Shown: piece after piece, positions 48,073 to 62,600 of the stretch
Layout of the letters: each line of letters opens with the position of its first letter
Position numbering within the stretch: the first letter of the stretch is position 1
Source of the DNA: Antechinus flavipes
Taxonomy: Eukaryota
Direction: 5' to 3'
Length of the DNA stretch: 64,000 nt
NCBI RefSeq assembly: GCF_016432865.1
Contig: NC_067399.1
Location: 32,674,001-32,738,000, forward strand
Notes under the pieces: model-generated
What the model saw: the letters and a program-made list of their open reading frames with translations, nothing else
Told to the model about the DNA's origin: nothing
The model's database searches: none
Translations under genes and position numbers: made by a program

Positions 48073-51000
48073 TCAGGGCCGGCTCTTTCGCTTTGCCATC
48101 TCTTCCTGGATTCGAATCTTGAGGGCCTCTCGCATGGGTGCGTCCAGGGGTGTGTGGGCTGAGACCTTCTCACTTACCCTTCCTGGGTCATCATCCTGAG
48201 TAGGAGGCAAATAATTTCTTTTTGAGTGTGCAGAGAGAGCAGAGCATTATGGGGCAGGGGCCTAGCACATATTTACTTGTCCCTTCCCGGGATCCTATAT
48301 ACATGTTTTCAGTGACTCCTGGGTCCATTCTGAGCTATCCCCTGGGGGTGACAGAGGGCAGCCATCCTTTGTTTTCCTGCCCAGGAAACCCAGATTTCTT
48401 ACCACCATCCCTCCCCCCTCCCCCTTCCCAGCAATGCCCTTCCCATGCTGTACCTGATATACAATGACAGATGTAACTTCCCCGCTGTCTGCTTCGTATT
48501 CTAGGCAGAAAAGCTGAAGGCTGGGGGGTTCTGGGTCTGAGCTGCCGCTACAGCTGCTCTCACTGGACTCCTCATATTCCAGGCTGCATGCAGGGAAGTT
48601 TGTATCTGGCCCAAGAGAAATCAGTGGTGAGGGGGGGAAAGGGGAAGGGCTAAAATGACAATGGCCAAAGAGACAAGTGGGGGAATGTCCCAGGAAGTAG
48701 CATCCTTCCTCACCTGCCCCAAGAACAGTCCAGAGGTGGGTGGGTCTACACCATTCTGAGCCAACCTGGTGACTAGCGTCCCCACAAAGTCTGGGAGGGT
48801 CAAACACAGGGACAGGGGAGTCTGGGTAACTGACATTAATTTGTTGCCTGATACTGTGTAAATCCTTCTCTTTGCCTTTCTTCAAGTTTCAGTTTCTTCC
48901 TATGTAACAACAATAGTATACATTTATGTAGCTATTTGTGTAACTGATACATATTGTTACCTTGCAAAAAGTCCTGTTTGATACTTATATCCTCTTTTGA
49001 CAACTAAACTAAGGCCCAGAGGTAATGACCTAGCCAATAATTATTAGAACAAATGCAAGACCTTGATTTGAAAGCAGGTCGGTTGTTTCCAAGTCCTGGT
49101 TTATGGTCAAGAAAATAAGTTCCATGTTTAGAAGAAGTTCTTATGTCTAATTTATTTCAGGTTGCTTGCTGTCTTGAGAAGGGGGAGAAAGGGAGATAGG
49201 GAGAAAAATTTGGAACACAAGGTTTTGCAAAAGTGAATATTGAAAACTACCTTTGGAAAAATAAAATATTAAGGTTTTTTTTTTTTAAGAAGAAAATAAT
49301 TTTCTCGGTCATCAAGGAAGGAATACACTAGTTTTGAAGTCAGAGGTCTTGGGTGCACATCATACCCATCCTTATGAATTGTGTGGCATAGGTCAAGTCA
49401 CCCTTCCTGACTCAGCTTCCTTATATGTAAAATCCCTTCCATTTCTAGAGCTAGGATCCTTTCACATTATAATAATAATAATAAACATCTACTGGCACCT
49501 TTTGAAGTGCATCATTATCTCATTCTATCCTCACAACTGCCCTGGGAGACAGCCCATTTTACAGATGAGTAAACTGAGGTTAAGTGACTTGCCCTTGATT
49601 ATATACCTGGTAAGTGTGTAAACTCAGGTCTTCCTGAGTTCAGCACTTAGGGATCCGATAGTCCCATCCCATCATTTTACAGATGAAGAAACTCGGAGAT
49701 GTTCAGTACCCTGCTCAAGATCACACAGCTAGCCAGTGACGGAAGTAGAACCTGCAAGTCTAGCTTCCAGGCTTCTCTCACTTCTCAGGCATGAAATCCT
49801 GTGAGTCATTGAACCTTTTGGACCATGAGGAACAGGGGGCTGAACTTCCATGGCCCCCACTACCTCCAGCACATCTCCATTTTTTGCAGGACCACCCAGC
49901 TCTGAAGTGACAATAGCAAGATTCTAACTCATCTCTCCCTGGCTCTTAGCCCGAAGCTCTTTCCATTGCGTCCTGTCCCGCCTCCTGATCTTAAACACAG
50001 AGATCCAGGGACCTGCCCGGCGACCCCAGCTAGCTAGAGGCTCCGGTGACCGAGTCCCCTCGAACTAGCTCTCTCACCCCGGCTCCCAGTGGAGGCCCCG
50101 GGCCGGCTCAGTCTTGCCTCCCCTCGTCGTCGGGGTAAGTACACCTGCTGGTCGGGCTTTCGGGGTCTCGTAGGGCCCGGGGTGAGCCGCCTCCGCACCT
50201 TCTCCTTGGCAGCCTGCTTCATCTTCTTGTCGTAATTATCTCTGCGAGGGGGGATGGAGAGGGGATGAGAGCAGAGGTCAGGGATCAGCGGGCCGGAGGA
50301 AGGGGGGAAGGTCAGGAATCAGAGGGTCCCGAAGGAGGAGGCTTCTCAAGTTAGGGGGCAAGGAGAAGGGAAAGGATTGGGGGGCGGAGGTCGACACTCG
50401 AGGGGTAGAACCCCGGAGGAGGGAATGGGGAAGGGGCCTGAGAGCAGAGATGAGGGCAGGGGTAGGGTTTCAGGGAGAGCGGGAGGAACGGGGACAGGAA
50501 TCCAGGGGCTGGCAGCAGAGGGAAGGCAGCCGGGCTAGGGGAGCAGAGGGCGGGGACCAAGACTTTCAAAGGTTAGGGGCAGATCGAGGGGACGTCGGAT
50601 GCGGGAATAGAGGTAGGGACCCAGAGGGAGCAGGGAAGGGTCAGGGCGAGAGGACGTGTTTTAGGACAGGGGGCAGGGACCAAGGTAGGGAGGAATTGGG
50701 TCAGGGACCCAGGAGCAGGGGAACATAGAATAGCGACCCCGGCGAGGTAGGGCGAGGAAGAGATCGAAAGGCTGAGAAGGATCCGGGGGTACAAGGATGG
50801 GGGGGGTGAAGGAGAGAGGAAAGAACTGGGTCAGGGATCCCGGGGAGGGGGCGGGGAAGGGACCAGAGCCGAGACCGGGATAGTGGGCTGGGATCCAGGG
50901 GTTCTGGAGTTGGGGGAGGGGAGACAGGACCCGGGGGCTGTGGGGAGGGTGGGGGAGGGGGTAGAACCCCGGGCAGGGTCCGGGCCCCGCCGCACCGGGC

Positions 51001-51102
51001 GATCTGGTTCCGCCGGATGTGGTGCACGAAGCCGTGGCTCATATCCAAACGTCCCCCCGGTTTGCAGCAGCAGCGCCGGCCCGGACCCGGCTCCGCTTCC
51101 AT
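48073..51102 (-). CDS. C2orf68: UPF0561 protein C2orf68 homolog
   Basis: Exons 51102-50996 (MEAEPGPGRRCCCKPGGRLDMSHGFVHHIRRNQIAR), 50241-50078 (or to 50123; DNYDKKMKQAAKEKVRRR...VYLPRRR), 48605-48454 (LFCLEYEADSGEVTSVIVYQ) and 48195-48073 (DDDPGRVSEKVSAHTPLDAPMREALKIRIQEEMAKRKSRP*). The exon 2 donor is uncertain. Confidence 0.93.
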
Positions 51103-51400
51103 TGAGACGCTCCGGGAGCTCGGAAAAAAAAAGCCAACGCCGCCCCCGCCGCCTGAGCAACCGTCACCCGCGGCCGCGTTCCCTTCCCCCCAGCCCCACT
51201 ACCTCTCCCGGCTGGCCCCGCCCCCGCGCGCGGCCCCTCCCCATCCCCATTGGCCCTTCTTCTCTCCGCCTCCCCAGCTTGGTCCGGCCCCTTCTCTGTG
51301 TGCGCTGGGCTGGGCCCGCCCCTTTGCGAGGCGGGCCTCTGATGTTCTCTTCCTTCCGAGAGGATGTCCTATTTACTTTGTATATACTTTGTATTTAGCG
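51103..51400 (-). promoter_or_regulatory. CpG promoter of C2orf68 (head-to-head with USP39)
   Basis: CpG-rich with GC boxes and a CCAAT box; oriented divergently from the USP39 start 2.5 kb away. Confidence 0.6.
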
Positions 51401-52917
51401 GTCTCCTCGGGCGTGCTATATTCTCTCCTCCTAGTATGAATGAAGGAGTGAATGGAGGGAAAACAGTTATTAAGTAACTTCCATGTACCAAACACTGCGG
51501 AACAAGGGGGCTACAGATAGAAAGGAAATCCCTGCTGTCTTCAACAAGAAGAATTCATTAAATGCTTAGGGTTGGCCAGACACTCCAGTAAAAGCTCGAA
51601 ATGAGAAAAGCGAAAACATCCTCTTCACTCAAGAAGCTCATTTCCTAATAGGAGAGCATGCAAACTATATATACATATATATATATACACACACATATAT
51701 GTATATGTATATATAATAATACACATATTACACATACACGTACACGTATATACATATGTGCATATGTACATATATGTACGAGATCCTAAGGGTGCTGCAA
51801 CAGACTTGCTGGCAAGTTCCAATAGAATTGCAAATTTCCTGAGATCCTGAGGTCAGAGATTGCCCCCTCTCCTCCCCTAAGCAGAGTCCCAGCCCTTTAA
51901 TTGGTCATTTCTCCATCCCTTCCACTTCCATCCTCGACATGGCCAGCCTTGAAATTAGAGATAAGAGGGATACAGGATTTCAACTTCCATTCTAACTCCC
52001 TTAATTCAGTTTCCCTTAAGGTATGAGAGAGACAGAGACAGAAAGAAAATAGTTAAGGATCTTACAATCTATTCATTTTACAGGCAAGAATATTAAGACC
52101 TAATAGTCAAACATTAATCAACAAACATCAATCTGTGCCTACTATAGGTCAGATCAAATCACCCTCTCATTAACCCCAGTGGCTTTCTGTTGCCCTTAGG
52201 AGAAAACACATATAATGTTCTTTGGCATTCAACTCCCCAGCATATACTCTTTGGTTCAGTGCTGAACCCTTTTCTAGTTTTTCTGGATTCCAAAGCTTTC
52301 CCTCTTTTAATTATTTCCTATTTATCCTGTACATCACTTGCTTTGTATGTATTTATTGTGTGCTCCCTTAAGCTGCTTGAGGGGACATATTGTATATATA
52401 TTACGCACTAAATATGTCAAGGCTGAAAAACGACTTAATCAAAATCCCTATATTTTTTGTTTTTGATTCAATGGCGTCTTCAGGCTCTCCTATGATTAAT
52501 TGCTGTAGGATGGGTTTGGAATCCTATCTTTATTCTAGAGTTAGAAAAGACCTTAAACACCATTTAGGCCAATCCCCTTGTTTTCCAGAGAGTAAACTGA
52601 GACCCAGAGAACTTGAGTCCTAGTGACACCAACAGTAAACGACAGCATCCTTCCCACGGCATTATGAAGGCTCATGGTCGAACTCAATGCCAAAAGCTGT
52701 GTCGGGGCTGGGCTTTTCTTTTGTGGGGAAACTATAATTTCACTGAGCTTGGGAACTGCCCGACAATTACTGTTAATTTTGGATGTTGAATTAAGTAACT
52801 TTGTGACGATCATTCACAATCTTTTTTGCTTGTTTCTGTTTCATGTCACGTACTTATCTTTATCATTTTCCAAGTGCTCTTGCTTCTACATTTTAATACT
52901 CCGTCAGTCAGTTGACA

Positions 52918-53060
52918 TTTTTTTAAAGCTGAGGCAATTGGGGTTAAGTGAATTGCCCAAGGTCACACAGCCAGGAAGTGGTAAGTGTCTGAGGTCATAT
53001 TTGAACTCGGGTCCTCCTGACTTTAGGACTGACGCTCTATCCACTGCACCACCTAGCTCC
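52918..53060 (-). mobile_element. WSINE1-type SINE
   Basis: Reverse complement of the WSINE1 consensus; further copies at ~40080-40218, 42709-42845 and 44170-44296. Confidence 0.8.
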
Positions 53061-53339
53061 CCCTACATTTGTTCTTTATTAAAAGTAAATACGTCTTATT
53101 TGATGGTTCTCAGGGAGAGGGAGGGGCTGTTACAATGCTGATATAAGAAACACAAAACATCAATAAAAATTATTTTAAAAAACTCATGGGCAGTTGGATG
53201 TGTGCACTGCATCCATCGCAGCCTCTAAGGGACGCGACAGCATCTTTCCATGGTGCATCAGTCACATAAGAATTTCTCCAGTCCTAGGATCTAGGGTCAG
53301 TTAAGGGCCATCTGGCCCTTTAAATAAGAAACTCTGAGT

Positions 53340-53600
53340 AACGAATGATTGGCTCATTCTGTCCCCGTTGATGAGAGCAAGAACCAATAAGAACATTCAG
53401 GAGTCACACACGGAAGTCTGGGAAATCGGTTTGTAGATACGGACTACTGCGCCAGGAGCCTCCAGCAGACGTTGCTGCGGATTGGCCAGAAGTACGGCGG
53501 CTGATTGGTCAGCTGTGGCGCGCAGGCGCGGCGGCACCGGGCAACCCTCTGCGCCTGCGCGGAGGGACAGCGCGCGCAGCGGGGCCGGTGGCCGGCGGGG
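53340..53600 (+). promoter_or_regulatory. USP39 promoter
   Basis: Four CCAAT/ATTGG boxes and an ETS-like CGGAAGT at ~53410, leading into a CpG island. Confidence 0.65.
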
Positions 53601-56600
53601 ATGTCTAGCCGTACGAAAAGGGAAACGCGGAGCTCCGCCCGGGGCAAGCGGGATGCGGAGTCCCGGAGCAGCTCGAGTCGGTCGAAGCGGGATCGGGATT
53701 CGGAGGGCACAGGGTCTCGGGGGAGTCCGGTGCGCGTAAAGCGGGAACGGAACTCGGAGCCGGCGGCGCGAGATTACTCGAGCGGGAGCGTGCCCGCGCT
53801 CGTGCCCGCGCCGCTGCTACCGGGGACGCGCGTGAAGCGGGAGCGCGAGGCCGACGAGGACTCCGAGCCGGAGCGGGAGGTGCGAGGTGCGCGGGGTCGG
53901 GACCGGGGAGTCCCTCTTTCCCCTTTCTCTCCCCTTCCCGCTAACCCGAAGCTGGAAGGAGCCCCCGAAGACGGCCATTCCTTCCCCTTCTGTGTCCAGG
54001 TGTGGAAAATGAGGCCAAGGGAGGGCACCGACTGCCCCGTTAGGCGCGAGATGGAGGCCGGCCCTCCCCTCAAGGAGCTGGCCTAACAAGGGGGGAAGGT
54101 AACCTGGAACCACTCGGTGATTGCAAATTAAGTCCAGAGTGATTTCTTAGCGCGGGAAGGCCCCGTTATAAGGGACGGAGGCTTCCTGGAGGTGCCCAGG
54201 GCGCAGCCACGCTGCCCTCTCCCTGCCTTCCCGCTAAGTTGTCCAGAGTCCTGACACCGAGCGTTTTGTCATTGGCGACTTTTTTCCCGTTCTACTTTAC
54301 CTTAATCTGTGTGTGTGGGAAGGTGCTGGCCCGGGGGCACTGTGGGCCTTTCGAGAAAAGGTGGGTTCGAGATGAATTTAGGAAGGGAATTCAGCCTCAG
54401 AAAAAGTGTCAAAACATAAGCTCCCCGAGGAAGTTCATCATTCCCTTTGTCCTTGAAAAATCAGGTACCCCAGCTCCTCATTGTCATTAACTAAACCGTT
54501 CCGGATCCTAGCTGAAGCCTGTCTGGTTTTAGGCTCAGTTTCACAGAAGGGGAAGCTGAGGATTGGGGAGGTTAAGTGACATGCTCTATGTCATACAGAT
54601 AGTAAGCACAGGACTTGGAACTCGGATCTTAGGATTCTAGAGCCAGAGTTCTCTCCACTTTTATGGCACTACCTAATGCAATCTTTTTTGGCAGTAATGT
54701 TATAGGAGCTTTTCCTTGAAGGATTGAAAAATGTTTTTCCAGGAGTACTTATTCTACTATTATTCTTGATTTAATTCAGTTCAATCATTCATGTATTAAG
54801 CACACAATTATTAAGCTGGACATTATACTGGCCTCTGGGGATCAAAGACAAAAATGAAAGTTCCTTGCCTTTTAAGGAGATTTAACATATATAGAAAGTG
54901 TAACATTTATACATACACATATACAACTTGCAGGGTAGGAAGGAGCTGTATTAATGAGGACTCGGCCTATCTTTTCTGTGAGCAGGTAGTACTGTTGCTG
55001 AACCTTGAAGGGAATCTTTGAGCAGTTAAGTGACACTGGATAGAGCCCAGGCCTGGAGTCAGGAAGACTCATCATTGTGACAAATCTGGCCTCAGACATT
55101 TCCTAGCTGCGTGATCTTGGACAACTCACTTCACTCTGTTTCCCTCAGTTTCTTATTTGTAAAATGAATTGGAGAAGGAAGTGGCAAAACATTTCAGTCT
55201 TTGCCAAGAAAACCCCAAATGGGGTCAGGAAGAGTCTGGTACAACTGAACAGCAGGGGTTCTATGGAAGAAGGAGCATGCAGACGAGAAAGATTGCCTTT
55301 GGCAGCACATAGAAATGGGAGGATTGTCCTATATAGGAACAGCAGACAAGGCAGTTTAGCTGGAGTGAACTTTATATAGAGGCAAACTGAGGAATCTGGC
55401 TTTCAAAATTCATAGGATTTATTTGTAAAGACTGTATCAGGCCTTGGGGTCTGGGAGCTGTCCAGATATGATGTACCAACTCAGCTGGAAGGAAACTTAG
55501 AGGTCAGGGTCATGAAACTGCACAATTGGAGTTAGAGGAAATCAGTGTGGGAAGAGCTTCTGCCTTATGAGCATCAACCGTACAGCATTGGGATGAAGTT
55601 TAAGTGACATAACAAGCAGTGTGCAAAGTAACAGGCTATGTAAATGCTTGCTCCCATATAGAGATGTGTGGAAGGAACTGAAGGCATTTGGGGGAGGAAG
55701 AGTTGTAATGGTTGTCTCTGGTACCTGAAGGGTTGGCTGTCGGGTAGAAGGGCAACATATTCTGATTGGTCCCAAACAGCAGAACATGATGCTCTGGGAA
55801 GAATTGGAAAGAGAAAATTTAGGTTTGATTGAATGCTTTTCTCAGGGATTATAATTACCTCTATGTGTTTATTTTACCTTTACCCAAGTCGCAAGAACAA
55901 AGGGGATAGAAAATATGCCTCATTTAAAAGTTGTGCCTTCCGTTGTATGTGTTAGGGTTATGTCATTGACCCTGTTCTGGGTTGACATTTTTGTCAATAC
56001 CACATAGAATGATATGGAAGGCATATTTATCAGATTTCCACATTAGAGAGAAAGCTAATATGATGAGTGACAATCAAAAGATCCAAAAGGAACTTCATAG
56101 TGTGAGAAATGATTATTTTTCTCATATTAATAATAATCAGAACCAGGATTTTTCTCCTTTTCCACTTATTCATCTAGAAATCAACTAACATGGGAATTCT
56201 TTCTGAAAGACAAATTTCTAGCCAGCATGGCTGAGATTTGATCAAAGACAATAAAAGAAATCCTGAGTTTGGGCTCTCATTGTGTTTGCTCATTCAGGTC
56301 TAGGAAAATGTGCATTCCCTCCTTTTGTCAGACAGGTAACATGGAAATTGATGGGGAAATTGATACATCTCCTTGATAAAGACTTGAGTGAGCCAAGTCA
56401 GGTATCTCAGCCTCTCGTTCTCATTAATTATTAACCAGAGGTAATTGCCACCCTCAGGAATTCCTCTTTTTCCAAGAGCATATAAATTAGGCCACCCCAT
56501 GCGGAGTCTTTGGTCTGTGAGGCCAAATTACCATCCTTTTATTAATAAACATTCCCTAACCTTAATAAAATGACTATATTGCCCAGAAATTGTGTTTCTC

Positions 56601-59600
56601 AAACCTTTTTAAACTTAATATGCTGGAATGATAGTTCCAAACCAACACTCTCCCTCACTTTCTCGTCACCATCTGGCTTGGCTGAGAAATACTGCCTCCT
56701 CACTTTAATCTCTAGCTTTGTGCAAAAACTGGCTTTTGATTTCCCCCCTACTTGCTAGCTTTTCCATCTCCAGTTTTTTACATTTGCTTTGTACATGTTT
56801 TTAATTATGCATACATGTTGTTTACTTCAATGGAACTTAACATTCCTCAAGAGCAGAGATTTTTCATTTTGTCTGTTTCTGGCATCCAGCAGTGCCAGAT
56901 ACACAAAAAGCACTTAATACATGCATTTTGAATGAATGCGCCCTGTAGCCTTGTGCAACCATATATAAAAGCTACTTAGCCTGGCATTCCAAATCCTTCC
57001 TATTCTCCCTCCTTCTCCCCCCCCCCCCCCCTTTTTTTTTTTTTTTGTTTAGCTCTGTAACAAGGTCTGAGGTTGACTGGGTTTACTTGTAGGTTATTTT
57101 TTAGCCTTCTACTTTTCTTGGTCCTATATTAAACTCATCTTGTATCCTTCAGTATATGTTTGAATATTTTAAGATTTAATAATAATTAGACAGTTATCAT
57201 GAATTTATTAAAAATTTAGTTTCAAATAGTTAATTATACCCGGAAGGAGAAATTTACATTCTCAATATCTTTATATTCATAATATGTCTATATCTCTTCT
57301 CATCTCGATATTAAATCTCTTAATCTTATATAATTAAGTATTAAAATTATTAGATATATAATTTAGTAATAGTGGAATTAGTAGATGTAATTATTTGCAA
57401 TATTTTAACTGTGAAAGAGAAGTCATTTTAAACACCACTGTAATAGCAAATGACTTCAATTTTACAAACATTCTACCATTCAGTTCACTTAAGATACTGA
57501 TTAGATTTTTAAGCATCCTTTTTATATTTCTCCTTATATGAGTTAAATTTATTTTCTCTGCCCAATTTTTAGCTATTTTAGTCTCTCCAAAATGCATTGT
57601 AAACTGTTCTTCACAGACTCTTAAAATTCTGTTTCTTCATTATCCAACATTTAAAACATTTCTAACAGGAAGGCAGTTTCTTCTCTCTTTTTCTCTGTCT
57701 TCAGAGATTCCTCATTGACCCAAAGTTCAGCCAACACACTCTCCCTCCATAGGGAGGATGCCCCAGGGAATGACAGTTGCAAATAATAGTAATAGATTCA
57801 CTAGTTTCTGGGGGAGAACCTGGTGAAGCAGGCAGTGTATTGCTCTCTGACATCCTTTTTATAACATCAGACACACAGTTTTTGTTTTTCTTCCTTCCCG
57901 ACAATTATTCACGCTTGCTCTTCTGCTGGGAATTCCTGACCAATCATAGGAAGTAGAGCTAGAAAGAGACCTTAGAGATCCCCTGATTTGCCAGCCTTGT
58001 TTCCCTGACAAGACATCTGTCACTCCCATGCCCTTTGGAGAGGAAACATGCTGGGTTAGGAATCAGAGACATCTCGGCTCTTTGGGCTTATTTCCTGTCT
58101 GACTCTGGACAGATCACAAAACTTCTTGGGACTTCAATTTTCTCATCTGTAAAATGAGGAGATTGGATTTGCTGTTGAATGAAGGTTTATCTAGTAATTC
58201 TACAGTCTCCAATGTCTCTTCTATGTAGCCTTCTCTAATTGCATTGGCTAGAATTAATCTTTTACTCTGAGCACCTTTAGCAACATATAGTAACAAGTTG
58301 AACTCTATGCCAGGCTCTGTATTAGGGATTGTACGGAACTCAGTGATGAGTAGGATGTTTCTATTCTCAAGGACCTTGCAGTACTGACTTGTGTGATAAT
58401 GATTTGGCTTTATATTATTATTATTGGTGGGAAGGGATTCCCTCTCTGTAATATTCCCAGTTTTTTGCACATACTTGATTAGTGAGTTTTTGTTAAATTA
58501 ATTTTTGTGGGATGTTTTTGACTCATTCCCTTTGATTCATTTCGATATTTATCGAGACCCCACGGTAGATGCAAAGACATGAGGAGATCACTGTGCTCGA
58601 GGACCTCTCTGCCATCATTAGCAGTTGAGTGTCACCATGGAAAGAGTACCCGGCCTAGAGTCCAGAAGATCTGAATTCAAATCCAGCCTCACACACTTTG
58701 TGTGACTCTGAGCAAGTCATTTCTGCCTCAGTATTCCACTATAAGATGAGGATAATAATAGCATCAACCTCCCCATGTTGTTGTGAGGGTTGAAAAGATT
58801 ATTTGTCAAGTGCTCTATAATGCTGCTGCTGCTCTAAAGGCAAACAGAAGGAAAGGTGTGAATAGAGTGTTGAGCTTGGAGTTGGGAAGTCCCGAGCATG
58901 AATTCCACTTCAAATGTCTGGGCAAGTCTCCTAATTCTGCCTGCCTTGATTTCTTTAACTATAAAATGGGGACATAACATCATCATAAGAGTCTCCCAAG
59001 AGAGTCCTGGGGATCCGATAAGACTATTGGTGTTTGGCACATAGAAAGTGCTTAATGCATGCTTATTTCTTTTCATTCTGTAGTAATTGCAGTCATAGCA
59101 TGTAAAGCTTTTAAAGGTTGGCAAAAAGCATCATATAGATGTTAACAAGTTTGCTACAACAATCCCTTCAAGAAGCAACTCAGGTGCTATTACTTTTCTC
59201 CTTTTATAGGTGAGGAAACTGAGGCTGAGAGGTTAAATGACCTGTCCTGGGTCATAGGGTTAGGGTTGGAATTAAGGCTTCCAGGCCCATGGTGCCATCT
59301 TGCTGCCTAGGTTAAATTCCATCCCAGAGTCAGGATAGAAGAAGACTATATTTACGTAAGTATGATAGGGTATGATCAGGGCCAAGGAACTGTTGGACAG
59401 AATGCTGAAAGAAATTTGGAGAGAGAGAGAACTTTCAGTTGAAGCACAGGGATAGTTTTAATAAATAGGGGACACCCGAGTTGGGTCTTGTAAAAGAAAA
59501 GTTTTCCAGAAAGAGGAGGGAATCCATTCCAGTTTGGCTATATCATAAAATCTGTGAAGGAGAATAAAATGAACTGAAGTTGGTAAGCTTAAGTAAGTTG

Positions 59601-62600
59601 GAATAAGATTGTGGAGGGCCTTAAATTATAAGCTAAAAGTATGCATTTTATCCTAAAGGCCCAATTAGAATACCATGAGATGACTATTCCAGCCATCCAG
59701 GGGAGAAGTGATGAGCTACAGCTAGGGGAATTTATGTTCTCCTTCTAGGACTGGTCTCTGTTCGGTAATGGCCGATTGCTTTCTTGGTAGTGCTCTGTTT
59801 TACACCGCCATTGAATTGCGCTCAGGGCTTCTGGCTGCCCCCTTCTTTAACTTTTACCTGCCACTGACTTTTGTTGTAAATTTCCATCCTTGATTTTCAT
59901 TTCAGTGCGATATGGACGCTTAGACTCTGAGGATCGAAGGAGCCGCCATTGCCCCTACCTGGATACCATTAACAGGTCAGTGAAGTGAGAAAAGTTGAGT
60001 TTCTTGGGCAAAAGGAACATTGTTGGTCAAAAAACAGCATTAGGGCTGGTTTGGAAAAACATAAAAACCATTCCAAAAGCCATTTGGTTTGTACACCTTC
60101 TATAGTTAATGGTCACATTTTACCCTTTTGAGAGCTTTGGGCACCAGAAGATTTCTCTCTCTTCTACTTTACAGCCCAGTTTGTAGAAGAATGGACTTGT
60201 GTCTGAACCTGAACATAAATGAAATGGGCTTTTAGTTTCAGTAGAGATGAGGAAGGTGGATGTGTTTGCAAATCCTCATTTTCATGCAAAAGCAGTTATT
60301 TTTTCATGGATTTTAGTGATTATGGAAGCTCTTAGTTCTTGTGTTCATCACACAAATTAGAAAATCTTTGGATGCATGAGAATATTCCCTTGCTCTTCTT
60401 CCTTTAGGATCTGTTTGCTGTGCCATAAATGCCCCCTTCTCTTTGCTGAGACCTCTTCCCCTTTAGCTTCCATGATGCTCTTCTCTGCAGGTTTCTCTTC
60501 AAGACCCAGCAGAACTGGTGTCTTCTCATCCTGCCCACCTGTTGGTGGTTTCCCCTGACTTCTCCCCCTCATCTTTCCTTTTTTAAGCTCTGCCTTATTC
60601 TGCTCTGTAATTTCATTTGCTCAGCATCAGATACTCCCAGTAGACACATCCTTGAGGGGCAGGCATTGTAATTTATCTTTGTGTCCCTGGTGCCTAATGG
60701 GTTGTACCTTGCATATAGTAGGTACTTAATACATGTTTGTCTAGTGAATACTTCATGGCATATTATGGTTACTTGAGGATACTTTTAAAATCCTCTTCCT
60801 TTTTACTCCAGGTCTGTATTAATTAGGGGTTCAATCAAGCAATAACAAGACCGTCTTATTTCACATCTTTGGATTGTCGATCTGGAGTTAGAAGACATGT
60901 AGTGCAGCCCCTTTAGTTACAGATTAGGCCCCCCGAGGATGGGGAGAAGATGGGACCTTACATGTTGACCACACAGCTCATAGAGCCATCATAGATCATG
61001 GATCTAGAACTGGAAAGGCCCATTCTGTGAAGTCTTCTCATTCTGGAGATGAAGAGACAGGCCTATGGAGACCCCGATCATTGGGCAGAAAAGCATGCCC
61101 AGCTTCTTACAGAACCAGCAGGGGCATAGGAGGGCCGTGGCTCCGCTCCGGGTGCTCTGGCCCAGCAGATGGGGAGAGGTGGTCTGAGATAGAGGCTCAG
61201 TGTCTGTGTCAGGAGAGGGCCACGGGTGAGTGGATTTGGGGTCGGAGCGTGTCCCACACACCAGGATCAGCGCTGAGCCGGCTCCATCGCACACCTGGAA
61301 AGCCTCAGACTTGGCCTTATAGGATTTCGTTCCTGTTAATTGTTTTTCTCTTGTTCTTTCAGGAGCGTCCTGGACTTTGACTTTGAAAAACTCTGCTCCA
61401 TTTCGCTTTCACACATCAATGCGTACGCCTGCCTGGTGTGTGGCAAGTACTTTCAGGGTAAATATGCCTCTTGTGACCGGAGCTCCAAACTTGCCTGGAG
61501 TGGGGTAGGGTCAGGGGGCCGCCAAAGGAACCATGTTTTTAGCGTGTCTTCCAACACCTTGGGATCAGGGAACTCTGACCTGAGTTTTCTGAAGAAAAGA
61601 AATAGCTCTGCTGAGAATCCCTTTGCAAAGGAACCTCTGAGCCATCCTAGTGATGAGGTCAAGTACTTCTGCTTCACAGAAAGTTTATCCCAGCATACTT
61701 CTGAACTGTGCAGATGCCGAGAGAGCTAAAAGGCAGGCTTACTGCCCTCGCAGGGAGGCGAGGCTTTCCATAAGGGCGTGCTGAGCTCAGCATGGCTGAT
61801 CCCTGGACTGGTCCTCAGGGAAGGTCTTGGCCATGACCATGAGTGTTGGACTTTAGGATCAGCTCCCGAGACAGAGGAGGATTTAGATAGGTCACATGGA
61901 AGGCAGCTCAAACGAAGGCCCACAAGAGACAAATGGGATATATTCCGGGGAAATGATTAATGGACAGTCTGCCAGGGGGAATGAAGGGAAATAGTGTTGG
62001 AGAGGCGGGCCTTCAATACAGCTGAATGCAGTAGACATTAAGCACCTCTGTATAGCAGGCCTTGTGTTAGAATCTGGGGCTAAAGAGGTAATGGGCTGAG
62101 GCTTGAGTTGATGCACTGAGGTCCCAAGCACATGAGGCTAAATAGTAATTGGACCATACTCTATTAATATATAAGCTTGGAGAAAGAATGGCCCCCGCCC
62201 ACTCTTTGTGCAAGTCCTAATGTGTTGTATAGGAAATGACGATTTTGGTGGATGGAGGCAGGGGAGTGGAAAAGGAAGGGGAAGGAGAGATTTTTTACAT
62301 TGCCATTGCGACGGTTTGCTCAGCTCAAATCTCTCTCTGTTAGCTGGTTTCCTGTCGCAGCTGCCCATATTGCTATTGCAATCCTTATTCATCTCTTCAC
62401 TTCAATAAAGATTGAAGATTTTTCCCTTAACCTGAATTCCTGACTCCGGCTGATTTTAAATACGCAGTCATTACATAAAGAGACAGCAAAAAATAGCATC
62501 TGTAGCTTAAATTCTAGTAAAAGCCAGGTGGAAGCATTTAAGCTTAGTGGGTATGTAGTAGGGAACCTCGAAAGTTGGAGGCCTGGGAATGGCATAAAAG

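Noticed and set aside
53505-53600. N-terminal extension of USP39 in the ORF track
   Set aside because: It relies on a non-ATG start inside promoter CCAAT boxes; the ATG at 53601 gives the expected MS.R.KRE start.
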